The notes below the pieces were generated by a model. The model made no database searches. It saw nothing but the letters and a program-made list of their open reading frames with translations, and was not told the origin of the DNA. DNA of 64,000 nt from Kiritimatiellia bacterium (GTDB lineage: Bacteria > Verrucomicrobiota > Kiritimatiellia > UBA8416 > JAWODU01), in contig JAWODU010000019.1 of assembly GCA_046483125.1 (NCBI GenBank), positions 1,911 through 65,910 on the forward strand, read 5' to 3'. Both the position numbers and the translations under genes were made by a program. The stretch's first letter is position 1; each line of letters starts with the position of its first letter. Shown piece after piece: positions 48,062-59,100 of this stretch.

Positions 48062-48814
48062 ATGGCAAAAGTAACAAAAGCGGAACTGGAACGGATTTAC
48101 CGGAAGTATAACCGCAGGAAATACGTAATCCCGGACCCTCTGCAGTTTTTGTACGCCTATTCCGAAGTTCGCGACCGTGAAATAGCCGCGCTTATAGCCT
48201 CTTCACTCGCCTACGGCCGCGTAACCCAGATAGTAAACAGCGTGCAAAAAGCACTGGCCGTTGCCGGGCCCTCCCCGCGGAAGTTTATTGAGGAAACAGC
48301 CCCCCGCGAAATTGACCGGCGCCTGGCGCATTTTACCCACCGCTTCACGACCGGTGTGCACCTTGCCGGTATGCTCAAGCGAGTCAGAAAAGTTCTCCGC
48401 CGTTACGGTTCGCTCAACCGCTGTTTCCTGGAGGGACTTGACACCTCCGAAGAAACCGTCCTGCCCGCCCTTGCCGAATTTGTTCGGCGGCTGGACTGCA
48501 GAGACAATTATCTACTTCCCGATCCCCGGCGGGGAAGCGCCTGCAAGCGCCTGAACCTTTTTCTCAGGTGGATGGTCCGAAAGGACACGGTGGACCCCGG
48601 CGGCTGGCGCGGCGTTCCGGCGGCCATGCTGATTGTTCCGCTCGACACTCATATGGCCGCGAAGGGCCGTGAGCTTGAAATAACCGACAGGAAAGCTCCG
48701 GACATTAAAATGGCACTGGAAATGACCGCGTTCTTCCGGTCACTGTGCCCCGGGGACCCGGTGAAATACGATTTCGCCCTGACCCGGCCGGGAATCCGGC
48801 GCGAAAGCGAGTAG
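48062..48814 (+). CDS. DUF2400/TIGR02757-family protein
   Basis: 250 aa from the ATG at 48062 (MAKVTKAELE). DPLQFLY...DREIAALIASSLAYGRV matches the family pattern. The track ORF from 47894 is an in-frame extension. Confidence 0.5.
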   Translation: MAKVTKAELERIYRKYNRRKYVIPDPLQFLYAYSEVRDREIAALIASSLAYGRVTQIVNSVQKALAVAGPSPRKFIEETAPREIDRRLAHFTHRFTTGVHLAGMLKRVRKVLRRYGSLNRCFLEGLDTSEETVLPALAEFVRRLDCRDNYLLPDPRRGSACKRLNLFLRWMVRKDTVDPGGWRGVPAAMLIVPLDTHMAAKGRELEITDRKAPDIKMALEMTAFFRSLCPGDPVKYDFALTRPGIRRESE

Positions 48815-48819
48815 TCGCT

Positions 48820-49947
48820 TTACTTCTTTGCGGCTTCTTTTCTCGCCGCTTCCACTTCTCCCGCTATTTCCTTCAGCCGTTCCCGGATGGGCAGTTTCTG
48901 GGTGCATCTTTCCTCGCACTGCCCGCACTCGGTACAGCGGTCCAGGTAATCGTCTTCGAGCGATATTCCCCAGTGAAAACGCAGGCGGTTTAACGCCTGC
49001 CGCAGTTTGCCGCTCAGAATGTAATGATTGTACGCCTCCATGTACTTGGGTACCGGGATCCCTTCCGGGCAATCGTCGCAGTAACGACAGCTCGTGCACA
49101 TCGCGTCGAAAGAGTCGCTCAGGCTTCGGCGTATCCGGTCCACCTCCTTCTCCGGGATCGGGCGCATGCCTTCGACGGCGCTTACGGCCTCTTTGACCTG
49201 GTCCTCCGTGCTGAACCCGACCAGGGCCACGGTGATACGCGGATCGTTTATCAGGAATCTCAGGGCGCCTTCGACTACGCTCTCCTCTTCGCGCGTCTTG
49301 ACGAATGAAAACCGGTCCGCGTGCTCGGGAATAATGCCCCCGCCCAGCGGGTTCATCACCACCACGCCCATGCCGCGCTCCGCCGCGGCGGCGATTCCCG
49401 CTTCCCTGTAAGCGAAATTCATCGCGCAGTAACCGGCCAGCAGGCCGTCAAAAGGGTAATCGTTCACCATCTCAGTGATTTCGTTTCCCGACATGTGTGA
49501 AGAAACGCAGATATGCTTAATCAGGCCCTCGTCCCTGAACTTTTCCATTGCCTTCAGCACGCCCTTGTTTTTGCGGTTCGCGTAGTCTTCCGGCGTCAGC
49601 ACGCACCACACGTGATAGAAATCAATGTAGTCCAGGCCCATCCGTTCGAGCGAATTTTCAAGGTTGCGGCGCATTCCTTCCGCGTCCTTGGCCATTGTCT
49701 TCGTAGACACGTAAAACGGCTTTTCCCCGCGGGTCTTCTTCATTTCCTTGAACGCGGTGCCGTAAATATCCTCGGATTTCCCGTACCCCGGGGCGGTGTC
49801 GAAATAGTTGATTCCCGCGTCGTAAGCGGCCTTTACCACCGCCGCCCCCGCGTCCCAGTTGTCGTGGTCCGGAAAACGCATGCCCCCGAAACCTATGCTT
49901 GATACTTCCGGTCCGTTTGCCCCGTATTTACTGCATTTCATTGCCAT
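48820..49947 (-). CDS. Aldo/keto reductase with C-terminal Fe-S (ferredoxin-like) Cys cluster domain
   Basis: 375 aa with an AKR core (GINYFDTAPGYG) and C-terminal CTSCRYCDDCP...CTECGQCEERC. Confidence 0.8.
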   Translation of the reverse strand: MAMKCSKYGANGPEVSSIGFGGMRFPDHDNWDAGAAVVKAAYDAGINYFDTAPGYGKSEDIYGTAFKEMKKTRGEKPFYVSTKTMAKDAEGMRRNLENSLERMGLDYIDFYHVWCVLTPEDYANRKNKGVLKAMEKFRDEGLIKHICVSSHMSGNEITEMVNDYPFDGLLAGYCAMNFAYREAGIAAAAERGMGVVVMNPLGGGIIPEHADRFSFVKTREEESVVEGALRFLINDPRITVALVGFSTEDQVKEAVSAVEGMRPIPEKEVDRIRRSLSDSFDAMCTSCRYCDDCPEGIPVPKYMEAYNHYILSGKLRQALNRLRFHWGISLEDDYLDRCTECGQCEERCTQKLPIRERLKEIAGEVEAARKEAAKK

Positions 49948-50080
49948 ATCCCGCTTCTCCTTCCGGTATTTCGCGTTTCATCTGCCCCCTTACCGTAACA
50001 CCGGAAAGACGCAGTGTCGAGATGCGAAATGCGGAATGCGGGTGTTGTGTGTCTGGCGGAAAGTCGCTGTACCATCACAG

Positions 50081-50998
50081 CTACGCGTCGGGGAGGAAGC
50101 GCTTGAGCACCTGGAGGTCCTCTTCCTTCCTGTAGCTGAACGCCCACACGATGAGCTGGTTATTCTGCTTCTCGACCCTGCAGTGCACCTTCAGTTTGAA
50201 ACACCACCGGCTGATCTCGTCGCGGTGCGCTATCACATGCGGGGCCCTTCTCCGCCACAGTATCTCGCCGTTCTTCCCGGGCCTGAACACTATGCCGGGG
50301 AACCCGCGGAAGGTGTTGAGGTAGCCTGTTACCCACTCTTCCATTGATTTGTCCCCTTTAAGGAACCGGTCCGCGCAGGAGAAATGCCAGAGGTGGAACC
50401 GGCGCATCTTCCAGCGGAAAATCATGAGTTTCGAACCGATGTCGAACTTGGTGTTTTCGAGAAGAAAGTCATGGGGCACCTCAAAAGAAATGTCGTAAAG
50501 CTGCCACGGCACCAGCCCCGCCTCATTGTGCTTTATGAAGTCCGAAGAAAGCACCTTCATTATCTTAACGGGGCTTTCCCTGTCGCCAGGCATGAAATGC
50601 ACAAAGAAACAGCCCACCAGTGTTGATCGCGGGCAGAGATAAAAAGCAGTCACCAGGCTGTGTTCCACGGCGCTGAGCTCTTTTTTGTTACTTCGGGTGG
50701 GAAGGGTTTCGCGCATAATGTACTGCGTGGCGTGCCAGTCCGGAGGAAGTCCGGATATGCGTTTCGTGCGGCTGGCGCGCATCGTGAGCTTGCGCGTGGA
50801 TTTTTCGTAACGATCCAGAATCTGTTTGGGCGTGATTTTCCTGCCGGGCCTTATCCATTCCGCCTCCATGCGAACCGCGTACTCGTCTTCCAGCTCCAGG
50901 CGCGTAACTCCTTTTTTAAGGAACCTGTAGAGCGCGACTTCCCAGTTCTCCGGCACCAGAAAAGACACTCTGTCCCAGGAAATCCGGCGGGTATTCAT
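50081..50998 (-). CDS. Hypothetical soluble protein, last gene of the novel membrane-protein operon
   Basis: 305 aa with no TM helix and no recognisable family. Lies 15 nt downstream of the 985-aa membrane-protein gene. Confidence 0.5.
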   Translation of the reverse strand: MNTRRISWDRVSFLVPENWEVALYRFLKKGVTRLELEDEYAVRMEAEWIRPGRKITPKQILDRYEKSTRKLTMRASRTKRISGLPPDWHATQYIMRETLPTRSNKKELSAVEHSLVTAFYLCPRSTLVGCFFVHFMPGDRESPVKIMKVLSSDFIKHNEAGLVPWQLYDISFEVPHDFLLENTKFDIGSKLMIFRWKMRRFHLWHFSCADRFLKGDKSMEEWVTGYLNTFRGFPGIVFRPGKNGEILWRRRAPHVIAHRDEISRWCFKLKVHCRVEKQNNQLIVWAFSYRKEEDLQVLKRFLPDA

Positions 50999-51013
50999 CG
51001 GGTTTGCCGTTTG

Positions 51014-53971
51014 TCAGAACCTGTTGAGGGTCACGCCGAACAGGCACATGAAAAGTTCACCCAGTATCAATCCGATAAACATGGCGCGAAACTGGGCGTA
51101 GGTCCGGTTGTCGCCGTACTTGCTGACCATCGTCTTGAACAGCCAGCCCAGCAGAATGGAAAACCAGTACTGCCACATCAGCGGGTTGACCCACATTATC
51201 AGGCCGATAGGGTGCGGAAGCCAGAAAACGCGCTGGCGCAAGAATATCAGCGCCCCCATCACGATAACGCCGGTAAGAAGCCAGTACTTGCCGCCGGCCA
51301 CGTCCGTGGGCTCACTCTGGGCCATGTTTTTGATCTCGCTGAATATGTCCGTAAGGGCGGTGCTGTAGAACCACCCATGCATTCCGTCGGCCCCGTTTTT
51401 GTATCCCAGAATAATGTGAGTGGCAATGGCAACGACGGTGGCCGCCAGAATGCCGAATGCCACCGCGGTGTGGAACCTGAGGCGTCCCATTTTCACGTTG
51501 TCCCTCACCTTGAGCGCGTTGGCCATGGCCGGGGCTATGAAAGCCTTTATGTCCCAGAAGAAAATATACAGGTAGCACACCAGCGGAGCCAGAAGCGGAG
51601 CGGCGGTCCAGGCCTTGTTCATGCCGACAACGTGCCTGATAAGGTGAAACGGTCCGAAGAAACACTGGAATCCCAGCAGGCCCCCCTCCGTCACCGCCCT
51701 GACCAGCCCGATCGTGATAACCAGCACTACCAGGTAAACGAAAATGGAAAAGTAGATGTTGGCGCCCAGCCCCCAGGTCAGCACTCCTACCAGCCCCGCG
51801 GAACAGAAAACAAAGAGAAAGGACGAAATCCTGAGTTCCGTGCGCTCCGGCTTCTCCAGTTCGGAGACGGCCCCGGGCCTGAACGCGCAGAAAAGGTACT
51901 GGCGGCATTTCCACAATATCACCGCGGCGAACGCGGTGAGGGCGCCTCCGCCTATGGCGGTACGGAAATTCAGGAGCGAAGTCATGCCCTTGGGAAAGGA
52001 ATTCAGGTTTTCCCCGTAGCCCATCCACACCAGCACGAGCGTCAGGACCATGAAAACAAGATGAAAGAACCAGAGGGAAAAGGATATCTTTGCCGGAATC
52101 AGGAAGGTGAGACCTACCAGCGTAAAAATTATCTGATGGTGGGCGTTAGGTAAGAGCCCCGCAAACGGGCTGTTCTGAATGTACGGCGTCCAGTCATACC
52201 TGAGAGCTATATCACCCGCTCCGGGAATAATCTGCTTTGTGGCCAGCAGGTTCCACCCCATAACCCCTATGGATATCGCCGCACCCGTCCAGAACATTCC
52301 GTTTCTGTAAAGCGCCGGTACCCGTCCGCCGTTCTCGTCGTAGGCGCCGCTGAGATAAGTGGGCAGTTCCGCCAGAGGATAGATCAATTTCTCGTTATAG
52401 GCCCACTGGCGGAATATCAGGACGTTAAACGTCATGAGCACCGTATAGGTAAGGAGAATCACCACCGCCCACTTCGCGAGAGGGCCGACCCACTTTTTCC
52501 ACGGCACGTTACCGGCCGCGAAAGTGCGCAGGTCGCCGTCGAAAGTCCTGAACGCGGCCATTTCCGATTCGATCTTTTCGACAAGAGCGGGGCAACCCCC
52601 GGGCACCGCCGTTTCGGACTCGGCCGAAAGTTCCTCAAGGTTTTCCATGGTCTCGGCAACGACCCCGGCGGTCGCCAGGGACGGTTTCACTTTGCGGTCC
52701 AGTCTGGAGTTAAGCGATTCAAGATTTTTCTTCTTCTTGTCTACCCACTTCTGTACTTTCTTTATTCTCCTGGTAAGCTCTTCGGCAGTTTCGTCCATTG
52801 CGTACCGTCTCTGCTCCCTGAGCAGTCTCAAGTGCTTTTCTTCGTCCCCTATCTCCTCGCGCAGGTTGTTTATTTTCGCTTCCAGGTCCGCCTGGCGCTC
52901 TTCAAGTTCGGGAAGACCTGCCAATGGTTCAAGCATTCCGGCGGCTTCGGCAATCAATGCCGCCGCCTCTTTGCCCGTCCGGGGCCCTGAACTGTCTTCA
53001 AGCATGCTGCGGGCCTTTTCCAGCAACTCGAGCGAGTCGGTGCCGCGGCTGAAACGGCGTACGCGGTACATGTACGAGTGAAGTCCCTCTCCGGGATCGT
53101 ATATGAACCCGGGCACAGCCCGCAGTTCGCCCGGAAGGCCCCTGCGGAATTGCTCCACGGTTTCAAAAGTGCCGGCCTTTGCCTCGGCCAGTTCCCCGGC
53201 GCGTTCGTCCTTTGTCTCCTGAAGTAACCGGATTTTTTCCGGAAAAGTATCCAGGACTTTCCCGCGGTTGTACTCGCCTTCGTATTCTTTCCAGGCTTCG
53301 CGCGCCCTCTCCAGCGCCTGCCTGATTACCAAAACCTGGTGTCTCAGCGGCTCCGCCCGAAGCGTTCTTTCTTTCTCGTCGGGAATCTTCTCGAGTTCGT
53401 GAAGTTTCGCGGTGACTTCTTCGAGATTTTCCGCCGCCGCCTGCACGTTCGCGGCGGCGCGGTATACCTTCTTTGCCCTGTCCCACTTGAGTTCAGCGTC
53501 CCTTGCCTCGATGGCGGCCTCGCGGATCCCGTCCTCGGCCACGAAGAAGTCGTCGTTGACGTAAGGTTCCACGTAAAGGTCCCAGCGGGACTGCATATTG
53601 TTCCAGTCCGGGTTGAATAGGCCCGAGGTAAGCGGCACGAGCTGTGAAGCCAGCCCGAAAGTGGAAACCCCGCCCGAAACAGCCCCCATAACAAAAACTA
53701 TGAGGAGTTCGGTTGGTGTGAACCTGCGTATGAAGCGGACAAATTTCAGCAGTGGGTTAATCAGCACTACTCCAACGGCAAGCAATATGTAAGGCAGGAC
53801 CGCAATCTGAGTAGAGGTGATGATGTGGCCCGGCACGTTCTCCTGATACACGGTGTACCAGGCAAAAAGACCCGCGAAGATCATGCCCAGCAGAAAGGAC
53901 CGCAGTGTTATGCGGTTCCTCTTCGGCTCCTCGCCCCATTTCCCGGATTTATCTTTCACACCATTACTCAT
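51014..53971 (-). CDS. Large polytopic membrane protein (985 aa) with a roughly 350-aa coiled-coil insertion, paralogue of 54113-56122
   Basis: More than 12 predicted TM helices. The E/K/R-rich heptad-like insert lies between TM helices. The C-terminus VSKYGDNRTYAQFRAMFIGLILGELFMCLFG is homologous to the C-terminus of the upstream paralogue. Confidence 0.6.
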   Translation of the reverse strand: MSNGVKDKSGKWGEEPKRNRITLRSFLLGMIFAGLFAWYTVYQENVPGHIITSTQIAVLPYILLAVGVVLINPLLKFVRFIRRFTPTELLIVFVMGAVSGGVSTFGLASQLVPLTSGLFNPDWNNMQSRWDLYVEPYVNDDFFVAEDGIREAAIEARDAELKWDRAKKVYRAAANVQAAAENLEEVTAKLHELEKIPDEKERTLRAEPLRHQVLVIRQALERAREAWKEYEGEYNRGKVLDTFPEKIRLLQETKDERAGELAEAKAGTFETVEQFRRGLPGELRAVPGFIYDPGEGLHSYMYRVRRFSRGTDSLELLEKARSMLEDSSGPRTGKEAAALIAEAAGMLEPLAGLPELEERQADLEAKINNLREEIGDEEKHLRLLREQRRYAMDETAEELTRRIKKVQKWVDKKKKNLESLNSRLDRKVKPSLATAGVVAETMENLEELSAESETAVPGGCPALVEKIESEMAAFRTFDGDLRTFAAGNVPWKKWVGPLAKWAVVILLTYTVLMTFNVLIFRQWAYNEKLIYPLAELPTYLSGAYDENGGRVPALYRNGMFWTGAAISIGVMGWNLLATKQIIPGAGDIALRYDWTPYIQNSPFAGLLPNAHHQIIFTLVGLTFLIPAKISFSLWFFHLVFMVLTLVLVWMGYGENLNSFPKGMTSLLNFRTAIGGGALTAFAAVILWKCRQYLFCAFRPGAVSELEKPERTELRISSFLFVFCSAGLVGVLTWGLGANIYFSIFVYLVVLVITIGLVRAVTEGGLLGFQCFFGPFHLIRHVVGMNKAWTAAPLLAPLVCYLYIFFWDIKAFIAPAMANALKVRDNVKMGRLRFHTAVAFGILAATVVAIATHIILGYKNGADGMHGWFYSTALTDIFSEIKNMAQSEPTDVAGGKYWLLTGVIVMGALIFLRQRVFWLPHPIGLIMWVNPLMWQYWFSILLGWLFKTMVSKYGDNRTYAQFRAMFIGLILGELFMCLFGVTLNRF

Positions 53972-53984
53972 TGCAGTATTCAGT

Positions 53985-54110
53985 ACACGGTACCGTTCCC
54001 CTGAACCGCCCAGCCTCCCTCTTGCTCCCCATCCTGTTGATCCTGTCTGAAATTCCCCTCTTCTCTCTTCCTCTCCTCCGTGCCTCCGTGGTTCAATTCT
54101 CCCCTCCGCC
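53985..54110. repeat. Intergenic repeat element (copy E) with two 9-bp tandem repeats (54031-54052) and a CT-rich tract
   Basis: atcctgttgatcctgtctgaaa and cttcctctcctccgtgcctccgt match the elements at 7976-8006, 15651-15676 and 14101-14130. Confidence 0.6.
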
Positions 54111-54112
54111 GC

Positions 54113-56122
54113 CTACCACGGCGTCGGACTCAACATCCTGGATATCACGTTAAAAGACAACGCTATCATGGACGTCAGTCCCAACCCGCATCCAAACCCC
54201 GCCATGATCGCCGTCATGTACTTGAGCCACATGTCCTTGTACTTGCGCTTGAAATGAAAACGCGCCACGGCCGCGCCCAGCATCGTGCAGAAAACCGCAC
54301 CCGGGTTGCTCTGCGCCAGCCCCCATACCGCCCCGAATATAAGCATTATGGGCATTCCCACGGCCGAAAGGATCGCAAAAAGCGACGAACCCGATATGAA
54401 ACCCCATAGCGCGTAGTCCAGGTTCATGGCCTCCAGGAACTGCGATCCTCCCTCCTGCGTGGCGGTAATCATAACCGCCCAGTTTCTCAGCTTAAGCGGC
54501 CACATCTTCTGCGTGTACGGATACGCCCCGGAAGGCACCTCCGCCATCCGCCAGAGAATCTCGGAGGTCAGGAAAGAGGCTATAAGTATAATGGGAACCG
54601 TAAGAATAAGTGTCTTGACCTGGCTCTTGATCTTGGTCCCGGTCAGTTCCAGAACACGAAAACCCACCGTTTCAGAGCCGAGGTTCTGTATGGGCATGGG
54701 CACGAACCATATGTCCGTCCCCTTGTATCCGGTGAGTATAATGGTCAACTCCTTCAGGTACGGTATGTTTACCGCCCGCCCGCATATGCCTTCCAGCTTG
54801 GCGGTGGCATACGAGATAAGAGGCGTGTACAGAAGGGCGTAGAACGTCATGATCTTCCACGGATAGCTGTTGCCTATCAGGAAGACGCCCAGCAACACCC
54901 AGGAAAAGGTACTGAACAGGTATATGAACAGGGCAACGAAAATTGAAAAATCACCCCTCGCGGCGTTGCCCATCACAAGCGTTCGCCAGGTTTCCCTGGC
55001 GCGCCGGCCGAAGCTCTTGGTGTGAGTCAGTTCCCTCGACCGGGGCCTCACGGCGTTTTTCACCGTTGTGGTCAGAAACACCACGAGCTGGCTGAATGTA
55101 ACCGCAAGGGTCAACCCGATACCGAAAGCGAGGTAAAAATCAATGTGGTTGGAAAACTGCGCGTTGACGAAACCCATCTCCGGACGCCAGGTCGTCAGTA
55201 TTCCGGCCTCGTAAAGCAGGGGATTCGCCACCCAGGTCATTACCAGCCCCACGAACGCCCCCACCACGCTCCAGAACGGCACTATCATGCCTACCATGAA
55301 AGCGGCAAAATCGAGTTTCAGGTTAAAGGGAACCGCGGGAAGCACGCGCCCGATCTGCTGTGTGTAATCTATGAAAATCATCGGGATGAGTTCTATGCGC
55401 TTGGGAAGCACCGCCTGGGTTATCATCGGAACGCAGATGTAAAGCAGGCCCCATATCATTCCCAGTACGCCCCCTATGGAGAAACACCGCCAGCGCCACG
55501 TCGTCTCTTCGCCCCTGTCGGTGGAAAGGGCCACTATTCCCGCGGCCCCCACGGGCGCGAACGGGAAAGGCAGTCTTTCCACGTCGTTTACCATCCGGTA
55601 CAGGACGTACCCGAGACCGTAGTTGTCTATCCGGGTTATGAAAATGCGGAACATGGTGATGCCGATAACCGGAAGCCAGGCCAGGCTGAAAAGCGTCCGT
55701 CCGGCGCTTTGTATATCGGCGGCACGCGGGAAAGCCCACGTCGGCAGATCAACCAGGCCCAGCCCCTGAATGTATTCGGACTGCGCGACGTACTGCTTGA
55801 ACAGGAAACCGGCGAAGGGATCGGCCAGCACCGCCCCGGCCATGAAATGAAGCGTATAGAGTTCCTGGCTCTTAAGCGTGGTGAACGAACGCTTGGCAAT
55901 CTCGGCGAAGAGAATCACAAGCACCCATTTCATGGCGTTTCCGATCTGGGCGTCGTTGCCTATCACGAGCACGAGGTAATCGGTGGCCGGGTTGACTATG
56001 AACCCGAGCAGGATGGCGCCCACTACCGTCTTCCAGCTGAAACCGTCCCGGAACTCCGTGATGTCCGGGGGTTTCATAATGTCCCGGTACTCGTTGAGTT
56101 CCTTGTCGTCAACCCATGACAT
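54113..56122 (-). CDS. Large polytopic membrane protein (669 aa), paralogue of 51014-53971
   Basis: About 14 predicted TM helices. N- and C-terminal blocks align with the 985-aa protein (FMAGAVLADPFAGFL versus MGAVSGGVSTFGL; KRKYKDMWLKYMTAIMAGFGCGLG versus VSKYGDNRTYAQFRAMFIGLILGE). Confidence 0.6.
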   Translation of the reverse strand: MSWVDDKELNEYRDIMKPPDITEFRDGFSWKTVVGAILLGFIVNPATDYLVLVIGNDAQIGNAMKWVLVILFAEIAKRSFTTLKSQELYTLHFMAGAVLADPFAGFLFKQYVAQSEYIQGLGLVDLPTWAFPRAADIQSAGRTLFSLAWLPVIGITMFRIFITRIDNYGLGYVLYRMVNDVERLPFPFAPVGAAGIVALSTDRGEETTWRWRCFSIGGVLGMIWGLLYICVPMITQAVLPKRIELIPMIFIDYTQQIGRVLPAVPFNLKLDFAAFMVGMIVPFWSVVGAFVGLVMTWVANPLLYEAGILTTWRPEMGFVNAQFSNHIDFYLAFGIGLTLAVTFSQLVVFLTTTVKNAVRPRSRELTHTKSFGRRARETWRTLVMGNAARGDFSIFVALFIYLFSTFSWVLLGVFLIGNSYPWKIMTFYALLYTPLISYATAKLEGICGRAVNIPYLKELTIILTGYKGTDIWFVPMPIQNLGSETVGFRVLELTGTKIKSQVKTLILTVPIILIASFLTSEILWRMAEVPSGAYPYTQKMWPLKLRNWAVMITATQEGGSQFLEAMNLDYALWGFISGSSLFAILSAVGMPIMLIFGAVWGLAQSNPGAVFCTMLGAAVARFHFKRKYKDMWLKYMTAIMAGFGCGLGLTSMIALSFNVISRMLSPTPW

Positions 56123-56126
56123 GGTC

Positions 56127-59100
56127 TTATTCCTCTTTTCCGGAGAAAAGCTTTTCGCTTTCCTTAACGTACCAGCTGTGCTGTGTGGGGTCTATATTCC
56201 GCCACCGCATCAGGGCTTTTCTCATCCTCTGCAGGAACGGTCTGTTCGTGGTGGCCCAGTTGGTGTCCTGGCCGGAAACACGGTAAATGTCCATATACAG
56301 CCTGTAGCTTTCCACCGTTTCGTCGTAGCGGGCGTTGAATATGACCTTCTGGGTCACGCCAAGGTCAAAAGGCGCCAGCGCTACCGAGTATTCCAGGGTG
56401 TAGGCAGGACGTCCTGAATCATCCTTACTTTTATGTATTCTTTTACATGAAGCTATAAGATCGCCTATGGACTGCTCGGTAAAGTCGGAAAAATACTCGT
56501 AAAGGTAATACACGACGCCCGCGGCCAGCTCCAGCTGGTAAATAAAGGGAAACGCAACGTGCATTTTCTCTCCGTCGTTGTCGGGGAGCGACCACTTCCG
56601 GCGTCCCGAAGGCACCGCCGTGCGCGTCGCGACGTAAGCGGGGTACACCGTCGAAAGCAGAACCAGTCCCACGGTAAACAGAATGGCCCACACCACGATA
56701 AGCGAGGAGAAGTTTATGTTTATTCCCTGAATAAGACCCGCGGACTTCACCGCTATCGCCCCGATCTGGCCTATAAGGTACCCGCCTATGGCGCCGATGA
56801 AACTGTACACAAGGGCCTCGGCCAGGAAAAACGTGAAAATGTGCAGGGGGTTCAGGCCTATGGCGTTGTAAACGGCTATCTCCGAACGCCGCTCATACAC
56901 GGTCCCCAGCATCGTGTTGAAAATAATCAGCCCCGCTATCAGAAGGGGTATTACAAGTCTTGATACCCCGCCTATGGTGGTCCTGTAACTGCTCCCCACG
57001 TAGTAAACCCCCTGGTCCGTGTCCTGCTCGGCGTCTTCCCCGAGCCTGAACGGTTCCCGGCTCCCCAAGAAGAACTTCGCCCCGGTTATGCCCAGCAGAA
57101 AGTCCGCGGCCTCCCACAGCGCGGTGTCGCTACGTTCCTCTTTTCTTGTCCGGAGCCTTATGGAAACCGTGTAGGGGTCCGCGTCCATGTCTTCGGCAAG
57201 TTCCGCGGGCAGGAGTACCAGCGAAGCCATATCTATTGTGGACATCCCAACGTAGTCGGTATCGGATTCTTCAACCCCCTGGGATTTCTGCTGTGCCTCG
57301 GCTGCCTTTTCCTGAAACGGAACCAGGGGAAGCTTCGGATCCAGGTCCCGCAGAGCGCGGTACCTGCTGTCGTCAAGGATACCCGCCACCTTCAGGTCCC
57401 GGCCAAGGAACCGGACGTACGTTTCCCCGGCGTCATCCGGATGGAGCCCCAGCGCCTCGGCCATGGCCGCGGTTATTATGATTTCCTCCGCGCACGGCCC
57501 CGAAAAGAACTCACCGCCCAGAAGAGGAAACGGGCCCAGGAAATACCTGTCTTCCTGAGGCAGGCCCACTACCGCTTTCACGTCGACATTCTGCGCTTCT
57601 TCGCCCGCGAGATCGAGCCTCCAAGTAATGCGCGCATCCTTGGCGCCCCTCGGCGGCAGTTTGATCCTGCGGACAAGTACCTGGGCTTTCCCGGTAAAGA
57701 GCGTGTTAAAAACTTCCGCGGTGGCCTCGTCCATGGATTTACCGCCGGGAGCGCGGTAAAAGAGTCCCGTATAGGGGCTGTTTTCGGACTTCGATATGAG
57801 GGTCGGCTTCGCCTTCCTGGATACGCTGGAAAATGCCAGCATGGTGAATACCACCAGCACGATGGTTCCCGTGGTCAGCGAGGTGCGCACCCTGCGGCGC
57901 TTCATGTTGTTTACGCCGATAATCATCGCCGTCTGTCCCACGGTTCCGTAAGCCACGTCGAATTCCATACTGCCGGAGGTCTTGAACAGAAGTTCCATTT
58001 CGGTCTGGAACCGCTTCTTCAGAACCCAGGCTATAAACAATCCCATGGCTCCCAGAACGAAGGCTATGAATATGGCCTCTGCGTTCATTGCTATGGCAAA
58101 CGCCGGGTGGATAAAGCGGAACCCGACGTATGTGACCAGAAACAGGAGTGTAAATGCCCCCAGTTCGTGCTGAAGCTTGGTGAAATTGAAAATCAGCTTC
58201 TGAAGAAAATAACAGAACGGCACCATCATCGCCATGTACAGCATGATCGCCTTGAGCATGTCCGCGTTCATGCCCCTTATCTGGGAGTACGCCTTCACTT
58301 CCGCGCCCAGCGCCCCGTAAAGCGCGAGAAGGTATCCGGTGTGGTCCCGCTGGGCTTTTTCGGCTTCCATTCGATTGAGGGCGGATTTTCCCTTTTCAAG
58401 AAAAGTATCCAGGAGTTCGTTGGCGACGCCCTTCATTTCGTTCTTGCGGTAACGGTTGAGTTTGTCCATGTCCCGCGCCGCGACGGCGAAGAAATCCGCT
58501 CCAAGCTCTTCGGCGTTTTTATATCCGTAACCCCCCGGCTCCTTTTCCTTGGGATTGAGCGCGCACCTTTTATTTCCGGTAAGCAGGAGCAGGCGGTCTT
58601 CATGGAATCCCTCCTGCTTTTTCTTCCACAGGTAAACCGCCACCGGCCCCGTGGAAACATGGCTTTTCGCGGGCGAAAGTGAAATCGCCCCGTGCACCCC
58701 GTATTCCTCCGGCTCCGACTGCATCTGGGCGCTCTTGGGCCACCATTGATCAACTTTAACCTGGGAGCTTCCCGCCAGGGTCGGATCCTTGCGGGTATAA
58801 ACCGGGAACTCCCTGCATGGGAACATGGGCAGGGTGGTACTCGGCCCGGGCACTATGTTGCTGGTAATTTCTTCGGATTCCTGGACCCGTCCCTTGTCGA
58901 TGGTGTGGGTGACTTTTCTGAAACCTTCGCCCATGCGGTATGCCGTGGAACAAAGCTGGCCGTCATTGAGGCCGTAAATGTACGTGGAGCCGCTTATGTC
59001 GGTAATAGCCGGGTAGCAGTTGACGACGTCACCGTCAACAAGCGGAGGAACAAGCGTGTTCCCGCCGGGATAAAGGGTCACCATACAGCCGGGCACCGGA

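Noticed and set aside
50660-52153. 497-aa plus-strand ORF
   Set aside because: It is antisense to the 985-aa membrane-protein gene. Its Arg/Pro/Gly-rich composition is typical of shadow ORFs.
57441-58682. 413-aa plus-strand ORF (and 60102-61469, 455 aa)
   Set aside because: Both are antisense to the 1794-aa permease-fusion gene.
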